DNA from: Eledone cirrhosa
Taxonomy: Eukaryota
Length of the DNA: 64,000 bases
Assembly: GCA_964016885.1 (NCBI GenBank)
Contig: OZ024753.1
Location: 22,258,001-22,322,000, forward strand
Direction: 5' to 3'
Under the pieces are notes generated by a model. It was given only the letters and a program-made list of their open reading frames with translations. It was not told the DNA's origin and searched no databases. The position numbers and the translations under genes are program-made. Positions 8,315 through 20,400 of this stretch are shown piece by piece (the first letter of the stretch is position 1; every line of letters starts with the position of its first letter).

Positions 8315-9454
8315 CAACACCCGCTACGTGGAGGACTGGGCATGCCGTGGCTGATGATGCGCAGACACGCGCTCAGGCTACGACATCTCCACCTCTTCCT
8401 CGACGGTGATCAGGTGTGGTCGCCGTTTGCTAGACACGTTTTTCCCCAGCTCGTCTCCTTGACGGAGCTGCAGTCCTGGGTCAAGCGAAGACCGAGAGGG
8501 AGCGCTTGGAGACTGGAATGTCTTCAGGCGCTCACAGCCCTCGACCAATCAGGCAATGTGATCGGTGGAAACTCCACCTTGGTGTTCTATAGGGGATTAG
8601 TGGAGGGGAAGAGCGACGACGTACTTGGAGAAACTCTAGGCGTCGACGAAAATCAACTAGCCAATCTCTTCGGAAGGACTTTCGGGCCGGGGCCTATGGA
8701 CAACTTCCAGAAATCCCTGGCCTGGCAGTGCTACCGGGGAGCTTTGCCAGTTCGGGATAAACTCTACGGGCATGGAGGTGCCGTCAGCCGGGCATGTCCG
8801 AGATGCGCGCAGGGCGACGAAACCGTCCTGCACGCACTCGTCCAGTGTCCGAGCATTGCTGACTTGTGGGTTTATGTCGAACACCTGCTGTCACGTGTAG
8901 GACGGATCCAGCTATCAGCTGAGTCCATCGTGAGGATTTCCCCGCCCTCTTCCTTTAGCCGGGAAGGGCAGGCAGTTTTTATCTGTCTGGTGGCCATGGC
9001 GAAAGAGATAGTATGGTGGACACGTTTGAAAGGGCTGAAGACGAGCACTTACCTCTTCAGTGATGCCCTGATTAACTTTTTCAAATTTCATTTGAAAAGG
9101 AAAATCAGGGTAGAGAGGGAAGTGCTCTCTTCCCAGCATTTTGTTGAAAGATGGGTGAGAGAAGCAAGTATGGCCCGAATGAATGGGCCTTCTCTGAGTA
9201 TGTGTCTGTAAATTAAAGGTGGAAAACTGGGAGAGGGCACTTGCCCTGGTGGTCAGGGCCACTGTGGTCTTTTAATGGGCTTTCTCCACAAATGTCCCTC
9301 GGAAGTCTCCCCCCTATTGGGGAATTTTTCTTTGTTATTTTATTTCATCCTCTGATTTTTTTACACGCAGAAATGCCCATTTGTACCGCCCTGTATTGTC
9401 CTCTACTGTCCTTAATGTCTACTTTATGTAAACCCTTGTGGTTAATAAAGAAAA

Positions 9455-9455
<1 letters not shown>
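8315..9455 (+). mobile_element. 5'-truncated L1/Tx1-clade non-LTR retrotransposon (ORF2 C-terminus and 3' UTR)
   Basis: The frame of ORF 8342-9211 extends upstream as QHPLRGGLGMP (GGLG thumb motif). It has a zf-RVT-type W..Y..ALPV...CPRC....ETVLHALVQC...W motif, AATAAA at 9444-9449, then (ATT)n. Confidence 0.85.
8342..9211 (+). pseudogene. Fragment of LINE ORF2 (zinc-binding C-terminal region, no RT core)
   Basis: 289-aa open frame with CCHC motif CPRCAQGDETVLHALVQC, truncated upstream at the GGLG motif. Confidence 0.8.
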
Positions 9456-9539
<84 letters not shown>

Positions 9540-9545
9540 GTTATT
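9456..9545. repeat. (TTA/TAA)n microsatellite between two tail-to-tail retroelements
   Basis: Direct reading. Confidence 0.97.
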
Positions 9546-10535
9546 ACTCCTTGAGTCTCAGTCATTGATGTTAGTTAACTGGAAAGTTTGTTGGAATAAA
9601 TATCAAGCCACTACCTGCAGCCTCAGATATTCAGGACGTATCGGAGGGTTCTTGCTGTTCCCAGCAAGCATGCCTTTTGAAGCGTTCCAAAAAACGTGAA
9701 GGGGCCGATTTTCTTTAACCATCCCTGGAAACTTTTGGAGATAGTCTCCAGTGCGCCTGTGACAATCGGGATCACTTTGACTTCATGGCAGTTCCAAATC
9801 CTTTTTACCTCCCACTTTAAGTCCTGGTATCGGTTAATTATCTCCCTCTCCTTCTCTTGCACTCTCGTGTCAAATGGGCAGGCCACATCCACAATCAGAC
9901 ACGATCTTTTTTCTTTGTCCACAACCACCAGGTCAGGTCTATTGTGTTCCAGTTTCTTGTCCGTCTGTATCCTAAAATCCCACAGCACCTTCACCTGATC
10001 GTTCTCTATCACCGCCTCTGGCTTATGCTCATACCATTTCTCAGAATGTGGTAAATTGTTTACTTTGCACAGGTGCCAGTGGATCACCCTGCCCATCACA
10101 TCATGTCTCCAGCCCTTATAGTGGGTCTGGGCTAGGTGTTTACACTCGGATACAATGTGAGCCACAGTCTCCTCTCTCTCTCCACAGATCCTGCACAGTG
10201 GGCTAGCCTCCTCCTTGTAAATATGGTGTTTCAACCAATTCGTTTTGAGGGCCTGCTCCTGCGCAGCCATTAACATTCCTTCTGTAGCCTTTTTAAGGTC
10301 TCCTCTTTTCAACCAGTTCCATGTCTGTGGATCTCTAAATTCAGTTTTCTCAAAGAAGGTACTATGAAGGGATTTTTCCTGAAGGCTGCTCTTTCTCCTT
10401 GATGTTATTTCCTCCTTGGACATGCCCTGGCCTATTGTCCCCTCCTTCAGTACAGTTCTGAGCATTGGCTCCTTACGTATTTGTGTAGGTTGTTTTTCTC
10501 CATCTGAACACAGTCCTCTATGCTGATAAGACCAC

Positions 10536-10536
<1 letters not shown>
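9546..10536 (-). mobile_element. 5'-truncated R4/Dong-type non-LTR retrotransposon (CCHC zinc knuckle and restriction-like endonuclease) in (TAA)n
   Basis: The minus ORF ending at 9623 contains TEG.L.AAQEQAL.T, CRICGEREETVAHIVSEC, RHD, WDF.IQTD..L.HNRPDLVVVD...VDVACP...EKE...RYQDL and LQKACLLGTA..LR..L. It has a short 3' UTR and (TAA)n on both sides, the known target of Dong elements. The poly-N start of the predicted ORF comes from the microsatellite. Confidence 0.88.
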
Positions 10537-10606
<70 letters not shown>

Positions 10607-10610
10607 TATA
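10537..10610. repeat. (TTA)n + (TA)n microsatellite
   Basis: Direct reading. Confidence 0.95.
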
Positions 10611-10810
10611 TAATTATTTCTACTATAGGACAAGGACAGAAATATGAGAGGAGGTGAAAGTCGATTAAATCGACTCCATTGTATTACTGGTACATTATTT
10701 TATCGACCTCGTAAGGATGAAAGGCAAAGTTAACATCGGCGGGATTTGAACTTATACCGTAAAGGGCCGTAACTCTATGCTGCAAAGCATAGCGTCCGAC
10801 CCACTGCCAA
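10611..10810 (-). mobile_element. tRNA-derived SINE copy 6
   Basis: CTGGTAC..TTTTATCGACCTCGTAAGGATGAAAGGCAAAGTTAACATCGGCGGGATTTGAACT..GGGCCGTAACTCTATGC. Its 3' end runs into the (TA)/(TAA) tract. Confidence 0.8.
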
Positions 10811-10905
10811 AATGATAATGAGACGTATTGTGTCCAACACCAGAAAAGGAAGCCGGGAGTAATATAGAAGATAGAACAGGAGAGGGAGAGTACATGAGTC
10901 AAGAT

Positions 10906-11397
10906 AAACACATACATACACACATACACATATACATACATACACACATACACATATACATACATATACACACATATACATATACATACATACATACACA
11001 CATATACTTACATACACATATACATAGATACACACATACACATATACATACATACACATATACATACATACACATACATACATACATACATACACATATA
11101 CATACATACACACACACATACATACATACACATATACACATATACACACATACATACACACACACATACATCACACACACCACACACATACATACATACA
11201 CAACACACATACACACATACATACATACACTACACACACATACATCATACACACCACACACATACAGACACCACACACACACATACACACATCACACGCA
11301 CAAATACACATACACACACCACACACCACACACTACACACACTACACACACATACACACACACTCACACACACATATATACATATCTACACACTTAT
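10906..11397. repeat. Degenerate (CA)n/(CATA)n microsatellite
   Basis: Direct reading. Confidence 0.95.
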
Positions 11398-11464
11398 GTA
11401 TAGTAGGTGTGTATGTATGTAAAAATAAGGTGAAGACCATGGAATTTGCACCTAGAAAGTTCCG

Positions 11465-14400
11465 GGGCCCAAGTCCGGGGAAGGTTGTATTTGTGACCAG
11501 CAGTCACCCATATCCGAGGCCCAAGTCCGGGGAAGGCTGTATTTGTGACCAGCAGTCACCCATATCCGAGGCCCAAGTCCAGGGAAGGTTGTATTTGTGA
11601 CCTGCAGTCACCCATATCCGAGGCCCAAGTCCGGGGAAGGTTGTATTTGTGACCAGCAGTCACCCATATCCGAGGCCCAAGTCCGGGGAAGGCTGTATTT
11701 GTGACCAGCAGTCACCCATATCCGAGGCCCAAGTCCAGGGAAGGTTGTATTTGTGACCTGCAGTCACCCATATCCGAGGCCCAAGTCCGGGGAAGGTTGT
11801 ATTTGTGACCAGCAGTCACCCATATCCGAGGCCCAAGTCCGGGGAAGGCTGTATTTGTGACCAGCAGTCACCCATATCCGAGGCCCAAGTCCAGGGAAGG
11901 TTGTATTTGTGACCTGCAGTCACCCATATCCGAGGCCCAAGACCGGGGAAGGTTGTATTTGTGACCAGCAGTCACCCATATCCGAGGTTCAAGTCCAGGG
12001 AAGGTTGTATTTGTGACCAGCAGTCACCCATATCCGAGGTTCAAGTCCAGAGAAGGTTGTATTTGTGACCAGCAGTCACCCATATCCGAGGTTCAAGCCC
12101 AGGGAAGGTTGTATTTGTGACAAGCAGTCACCCATATCCGAGGTTCAAGTACGGGGAAGGTTGTATTTGTGACCAGCAGTCACCCATATCCGAGGTTCAA
12201 GTCCAGAGAAGGTTGTATTTGTGACCAGCAGTCACCCATATCCGAGGTTCAAGTCCAGAGAAGGTTGTATTTGTGACCTGCAGTCACCCATATCCGAGGT
12301 TCAAGTCCAGAGAAGGTAGTATTTGTGACCAGCAGTCACCCATATCCGAGGTTCAAGTCCAGGGAAGGTTGTATTTGTGACCAGCAGTCACCCATATCCG
12401 AGATTCAAGTCCAGGGAAGGTTGTATTTGTGACCAGCAGTCACCCATATCCGAGGTTCAAGTCCAGGGAAGGTTGTATTTGTGACCAGCAGTCACCCATA
12501 TCCGAAGTTCAAGTCCAGGGAAGGTTGTATTTGTGACCTGCAGTCATCCATATCCGAGGCCCAAGTCCGGGAAGGTTGTATTTGTGACCAGCAGTCACCC
12601 ATATCCGAGGTTCAAGTCCAGGGAAGGTTGTATTTGTGACCAGCAGTCACCCATATCCGAGATTCAAGTCCAGGGAAGGTTGTATTTGTGACCAGCAGTC
12701 ACCCATATCCGAGGTTCAAGTCCAGGGAAGGTTGTATTTGTGACCAGCAGTCACCCATATCCGAGGCCCAAGTCTGGGGAAGGTTGTATTTGTGACCTAC
12801 AGTCACCCATATCCGAGGCCCAAGTCCGGGGAAGGTTGTATTTGTGACCTGCAGTCACCCATATCCGAGGCCCAAGTCCGGAAAGGTTGTATTTGTGACC
12901 TGCAGTCACCCATATCCGAGGCCCAAGTCCGGGGAAGGTTGTATTTGTGACCAGCAGTCACCCATATCCGAGGCCCAAGTCCGGGGCAGGTTGTATTTGT
13001 GACCTGCAGTCACCCATATCCGAGGCCCAAGTCCGGGAAGGTTGTATTTGTGACCAGCAGTCACCCATATCCGAGGCCCAAGTCCGGGGAAGGTTGTATT
13101 TGTGACCAGCAGTCACCCATATCCGAGGTTCAAGTCCGGGGAAGGTTGTATTTGTGACCAGCAGTCACCCATATCCGAGGCCCAAGGCCGGGAAGGTGGT
13201 ATTTGTGACCAGCAGTCACCATATCCGAGGTTCAAGTCCGGGGCAGGTTGTATTTGTGACCTGCAGTCACCCATATCCGAGGCCCAAGTCCGGGGAAGGT
13301 TGTATTTGTGACCAGCAGTCACCCATATCCGAGGCCCAAGTCTGGGGAAGGTTGTATTTGTGACCTACAGTCACCCATATCCGAGGCCCAAGTCCAGGGA
13401 AGGTTGTATTTGTGACCAGCAGTCACCCATATCCGAGGTTCAAGTCCGGGGAAGGTTGTATTTGTGACCTGCAGTCACCCATATCCGAGGCCCAAGTCTG
13501 GGGAAGGTTGTATTTGTAACCTGCAGTCACCCATATCCGAGGCCCAAGTCCGGGGAAGGTTGTATTTGTGACCAGCAGTCACCCATATCCGAGGCCCAAG
13601 TCTGGGGAAGGTTGTATTTGTGACCTGCAGTCAGCCATATCCGAGGCCCAAGTCCGGGGAAGGTTGTATTTGTGACCAGCAGTCACCCATATCCGAGGTT
13701 CAAGTCTGGGGAAGGTTGTATTTGTGACCAGCAGTCACCCATATCCGAGGCCCAAGTCCGGGGAAGGTTGTATTGGTGACCTGCAGTCACCCATATCCGA
13801 GGCCCAAGTCCGGGGAAGGTTGTATTTGTGACCAGCAGTCACCCATATCCGAGGTTCAAGTCCTGGGAAGGGTGTATTTGTGACCAGCAGTCACCCATAT
13901 CCGAAGCCCAAGTCCGGGGAAGGTTGTATTTGTGACCAGCAGTCACCCATATCCGAGGCCCAAGGCCGGGGAAGGTTGTATTTGTGACCAGCAGTCACCC
14001 ATATCCGAGGCCCAAGTCCGGGGAAAGGTTGTATTTGTGACCAGCAGTCACCCATATCCGAGGTTCAAGTCCGGGGCAGGTTGTATTTGTGACCAGCAGT
14101 CACCCATATCCGAGGCCCAAGTCCGGGGAAGGTTGTATTTGTGACCAGCAGTCACCCATATCCGAGGCCCAAGTCCGGGGAAGGTTGTATTTGTGACCAG
14201 CAGTCACCCATATCCGAGGCCCAAGTCCGGGGAAGGTTGTATTTGTGACCAGCAGTCACCCATATCCGAGGCCCAAGTCCGGGGAAGGTTGTATTTGTGA
14301 CCAGCAGTCACCCATATCCGAGGTTCAAGTCCAGGGAAGGTTGTATTTGTGACCAGCAGTCACCCATATCCGAGGTTCAAGTCCGGGGAAGGTTGTATTT

Positions 14401-17400
14401 GTGACCAGCAGTCACCCATATCCGAGGCCCAAGTCCGGGGAAGGTTGTATTTGTGACCAGCAGTCACCCATATCCGAGGCCCAAGTCCGGGGAAGGTTGT
14501 ATTTGTGACCAGCAGTCACCCATATCCGAGGTTCAAGTCCGGGGAAGGTTGTATTTGTGACCAGCAGTCACCCATATCCGAGATTCAAGTCCGGGGAAGG
14601 TTGTATTTGTGACCTGCAGTCACCCATATCCGAGGTTCAAGTCCGGGGAAGGTTGTATTTGTGACCAGCAGTCACCCATATCCGAGGCCCAAGGCCGGGA
14701 AGGTTGTATTTGTGACCAGCAGTCACCCATATCCGAGATTCAAGTCTGGGGAAGGTTGTATTTGTGACCAGCAGTCACCCATATCCGAGGTTCAAGTCCA
14801 GGGAAGGTTGTATTTGTGACCAGCAGTCACCCATATCCGAGGTTCAAGTCCGGGGAAGGTTGTATTTGTGACCAGCAGTCACCCATATCCGAGATTCAAG
14901 TCCGGGGAAGGTTGTATTTGTGACCAGCAGTCACCCATATCCGAGGTTCAAGTCCGGGGAAGGTTGTATTTGTGACCAGCAGTCACCCATATCCGAGGCC
15001 CAAGGCCGGGAAGGTTGTATTTGTGACCAGCTGTCACCCATATCCGAGATTCAAGTCCGGGGAAGGTTGTATTTGTGACCAGCAGTCACCCATATCCGAG
15101 GCCCAAGTCCGGGGAAGGTTGTATTTGTGACCAGCAGTCACCCATATCCGAGGTTCAAGTCCGGGGAAGGTTGTATTTGTGACCAGCAGTCACCCATATC
15201 CGAGGCCCAAGGCCGGGAAGGTTGTATTTGTTACCAGCAGTCACCCATATCCGAGATTCAAGTCCGGGGAAGGTTGTATTTGTGACCAGCAGTCACCCAT
15301 ATCCGAGGCCCAAGGCCGGGAAGGTTGTATTTGTGACCAGCAGTCACCCATATCAGAGATTCAAGTCCGGGGAAGGTTGTATTTGTGACCAGCAGTCACC
15401 CATATCCGAGGTTCAAGTCCAGGGAAGGTTGTATTTGTGACCAGCAGTAACCCATATCCGAGATTCAAGTCCAGGGAAGGTTGTATTTGTGACCAGCAGT
15501 CACCCATATCCGAGGTTCAAGTCCGGGGAAGGTTGTATTTGTGACCAGCAGTCACCCATATCCGAAGCCCAAGTCCGGGGATGTTGTATTTGTGACCAGC
15601 AGTCACCCATATCCGAGGTTCAAGTCCAGCGAGGGTTGTATTTGTGACCAGCAGTCACCCATATCCGAGGCCCAAGGCCGGGAAGGTTGTATTTGTGACC
15701 AGCAGTCACCCATATCCGAGATTCAAGTCTGGGGAAGGTTGTATTTGTGACCAGCAGTCACCCATATCCGAGGTTCAAGTCCAGGGAAGGTTGTATTTGT
15801 GACCAGTAGTCACCCATATCCGAGGCCCAGGTCTGGGGAAGGTTGTATTTGTGACCTGCAGTCACCCATATCCGAGGCCCAAGTCCGGGGAAGGTTGTAT
15901 TTGTGACCAGCAGTCACCCATATCCGAGGTTCAAGTCCGGGGCAGGTTGTATTTGTGACCAGCAGTCACCCATATCCGAAGCACAAGTCCGGGGAAGGTT
16001 GTATTTGTGACCAGCAGTCACCCATATCCGAGGCCCAAGGCCGGGGAAGGTTGTATTTGTGACCAGCAGTCACCCATATCCGAGGCCCAAGTCCGGGGAA
16101 GGTTGTATTTGTGACCAGCAGTCACCCATATCCGAGGCCCAAGTCCGGGGAAGGTTGTATTTGTGACCAGCAGTCACCCATATCTGAGGCCCAAGTCCGG
16201 GGAAGGTTGTATTTGTGACCTGCAGTCACCCATATCCGAGGCCCAAGTCCGGGGAAGGTTGTATTTGTGACCTGCAGTCACCCATATCCGAGGCCCAAGT
16301 CCGGAAAGGTTGTATTTGTGACCTGCAGTCACCCATATCCGAGGCCCAAGTCCGGGGAAGGTTGTATTTGTGACCAGCAGTCACCCATATCCGAGGCCCA
16401 AGTCCGGGGCAGGTTGTATTTGTGACCTGCAGTCACCCATATCCGAGGCCCAAGTCCGGGAAGGTTGTATTTGTGACCAGCAGTCACCCATATCCGAGGC
16501 CCAAGTCCGGGGAAGGTTGTATTTGTGACCAGCAGTCACCCATATCCGAGGTTCAAGTCCGGGGAAGGTTGTATTTGTGACCAGCAGTCACCCATATCCG
16601 AGGCTCAAGGCCGGGAAGGTGGTATTTGTGACCAGCAGTCACCCATATCCGAGGTTCAAGTCCGGGGAAGGTTGTATTTGTGACCAGCAGTCACCCATAT
16701 CCGAGGCCCAAGTCCGGGGAAGGTTGTATTTGTGACCAGCAGACACCCATATCCGTGGTTCAAGTCCGGGGAAGGTTGTATTTATGACCAGCAGTCACCC
16801 ATATCCGAGGTTCAAGTCTGGGGAAGGTTGTATTTGTGACCTACAGTCACCCATATCCGAGGCCCAAGTCCAGGGAAGGTTGTATTTGTGACCAGCAGTC
16901 ACCCATATCCGAGGTTCAAGTCCGGGGAAGGTTGTATTTGTGACCTGCAGTCACCCATATCCGAGGCCCAAGTCTGGGGAAGGTTGTATTTGTAACCTGC
17001 AGTCACCCATATCCGAGGCCCAAGTCCGGGGAAGGTTGTATTTGTGACCAGCAATCACCCATATCCGAGGTTCAAGTCTGGGGAAGGTTGTATTTGTGAC
17101 CAGCAGTCACCCATATCCGAGGCCCAAGTCCGCGGAAGGTTGTATTGGTGACCTGCAGTCACCCATATCCGAGGCCCAAGTCCGGGGAAGGTTGTATTTG
17201 TGACCAGCAGTCACCCATATCCGAGGTTCAAGTCCTGGGAAGGGTGTATTTGTGACCAGCAGTCACCCATATCCGAAGCCCAAGTCCGGGGAAGGTTGTA
17301 TTTGTGACCAGCAGTCACCCATATCCGAGGCCCAAGGCCGGGGAAGGTTGTATTTGTGACCAGCAGTCACCCATATCCGAGGCCCAAGTCCGGGGAAAGG

Positions 17401-20400
17401 TTGTATTTGTGACCAGCAGTCACCCATATCCGAGGTTCAAGTCCGGGGCAGGTTGTATTTGTGACCAGCAGTCACCCATATCCGAGGCCCAAGTCCGGGG
17501 AAGGTTGTATTTGTGACCAGCAGTCACCCATATCCGAGGCCCAAGTCCGGGGAAGGTTGTATTTGTGACCAGCAGTCACCCATATCCGAGGCCCAAGTCC
17601 GGGGAAGGTTGTATTTGTGACCAGCAGTCACCCATATCCGAGGCCCAAGTCCGGGGAAGGTTGTATTTGTGACCAGCAGTCACCCATATCCGAGGTTCAA
17701 GTCCAGGGAAGGTTGTATTTGTGACCAGCAGTCACCCATATCCGAGGTTCAAGTCCGGGGAAGGTTGTATTTGTGACCAGCAGTCACCCATATCCGAGGC
17801 CCAAGGCCGGGAAGGTTGTATTTGTGACCAGCAGTCACCCATATCCGAGATTCAAGTCTGGGGAAGGTTGTATTTGTGACCAGCAGTCACCCATATCCGG
17901 GGTTCAAGTCCAGGGAAGGTTGTATTTGTGACCAGCAGTCACCCATATCCGAGGTTCAAGTCCGGGGAAGGTTGTATTTGTGACCAGCAGTCACCCATAT
18001 CCGAGATTCAAGTCCGGGGAAGGTTGAATTTGTGACCAGCAGTCACCCATATCCGAGGCCCAAGGCCGGGAAGGTTGTATTTGTGACCAGCAGTCACCCA
18101 TATCCGAGATTCAAGTCTGGGGAAGGTTGTATTTGTGACCAGCAGTCACCCATATCCGAGGTTCAAGTCCAGGAAAGGTTGTATTTGTGACCAGCAGTCA
18201 CCGATATCCGAGGTTCAAGTCCGGGGAAGGTTGTATTTGTGACCAGCAGTCACCCATATCCGAGATTCAAGTCCGGGGAAGGTTGTATTTGTGACCAGCA
18301 GTCACCCATATCCGAGGTTCAAGTCCGGGGAAGGTTGTATTTGTGACCAGCAGTCACCCATATCCGAGGCCCAAGGCCGGGAAGGTTGTATTTGTGACCA
18401 GCTGTCACCCATATCCGAGATTCAAGTCCGGGGAAGGTTGTATTTGTGACCAGCAGTCACCCATATCCGAGGTTCAAGTCCAGGGAAGGTTGTATTTGTG
18501 ACCAGCAGTCACCCATATCCGAGGCCCAAGTCCGGGGAAGGTTGTATTTGTGACCAGCAGTCACCCATATCCGAGGCCCAAGTCCGGGGAAGGTTGTATT
18601 TGTGACCAGCAGTCACCCATATCCGAGGTTCAAGTCCGGGGAAGGTTGTATTTGTGACCAGCAGTCACCCATATCCGAGGCCCAAGGCCGGGAAGGTTGT
18701 ATTTGTTACCAGCAGTCACCCATATCCGAGATTCAAGTCCGGGGAAGGTTGTATTTGTGACCAGCAGTCACCCATATCCGAGGCCCAAGGCCGGGAAGGT
18801 TGTATTTGTGACCAGCAGTCACCCATATCAGAGATTCAAGTCCGGGGAAGGTTGTATTTGTGACCAGCAGTCACCCATATCCGAGGTTCAAGTCCAGGGA
18901 AGGTTGTATTTGTGACCAGCAGTAACCCATATCCGAGATTCAAGTCCAGGGAAGGTTGTATTTGTGACCAGCAGTCACCCATATCCGAGGTTCAAGTCCG
19001 GGGAAGGTTGTATTTGTGACCAGCAGTCACCCATATCCGAAGCCCAAGTCCGGGGATGTTGTATTTGTGACCAGCAGTCACCCATATCCGAGGTTCAAGT
19101 CCAGGGAGGGTTGTATTTGTGACCAGCAGTCACCCATATCCGAGGCCCAAGGCCGGGAAGGTTGTATTTGTGACCAGCAGTCACCCATATCCGAGATTCA
19201 AGTCTGGGGAAGGTTGTATTTGTGACCAGCAGTCACCCATATCCGAGGTTCAAGTCCAGGGAAGGTTGTATTTGTGACCAGTAGTCACCCATATCCGAGG
19301 CCCAAGTCTGGGGAAGGTTGTATTTGTGACCTGCAGTCACCCATATCCGAGGCCCAAGTCCGGGGAAGGTTGTATTTGTGACCAGCAGTCACCCATATCC
19401 GAGGTTCAAGTCCGGGGCAGGTTGTATTTGTGACCAGCAGTCACCCATATCCGAAGCCCAAGTCCGGGGAAGGTTGTATTTGTGACCAGCAGTCACCCAT
19501 ATCCGAGGCCCAAGGCCGGGGAAGGTTGTATTTGTGACCAGCAGTCACCCATATCCGAGGCCCAAGTCCGGGGAAGGTTGTATTTGTGACCAGCAGTCAC
19601 CCATATCCGAGGCCCAAGTCCGGGGAAGGTTGTATTTGTGACCAGCAGTCACCCATATCTGAGGCCCAAGTCCGGGGAAGGTTGTATTTGTGACCAGCAG
19701 TCACCCATATCCGAGATTCAAGTCCAGGGAAGGTTGTATTTGTGACCAGCAGTCACCCATATCCGAGGTTCAAGTCCGGGGAAGGTTGTATTTGTGACCA
19801 GCAGTCACCCATATCCGAGGCTCAAGGCCGGGAAGGTGGTATTTGTGACCAGCAGTCACCCATATCCGAGGTTCAAGTCCGGGGAAGGTTGTATTTGTGA
19901 CCAGCAGTCACCCATATCCGAGGCCCAAGTCCGGGGAAGGTTGTATTTGTGACCAGCAGACACCCATATCCGTGGTTCAAGTCCGGGGAAGGTTGTATTT
20001 ATGACCAGCAGTCACCCATATCCGAGGTTCAAGTCTGGGGAAGGTTGTATTTGTGACCTACAGTCACCCATATCCGAGGCCCAAGTCCAGGGAAGGTTGT
20101 ATTTGTGACCAGCAGTCACCCATATCCGAGGTTCAAGTCCGGGGAAGGTTGTATTTGTGACCTGCAGTCACCCATATCCGAGGCCCAAGTCTGGGGAAGG
20201 TTGTATTTGTAACCTGCAGTCACCCATATCCGAGGCCCAAGTCCGGGGAAGGTTGTATTTGTGACCAGCAGTCACCCATATCCGAGGTTCAAGTCTGGGG
20301 AAGGTTGTATTTGTGACCAGCAGTCACCCATATCCGAGGCCCAAGTCCGCGGAAGGTTGTATTGGTGACCTGCAGTCACCCATATCCGAGGCCCAAGTCC

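Noticed and set aside
11465-11520. G-quadruplex potential of GGGGAAGG in the monomer
   Set aside because: Only one run of three or more G per 52 nt, insufficient for a canonical G4.
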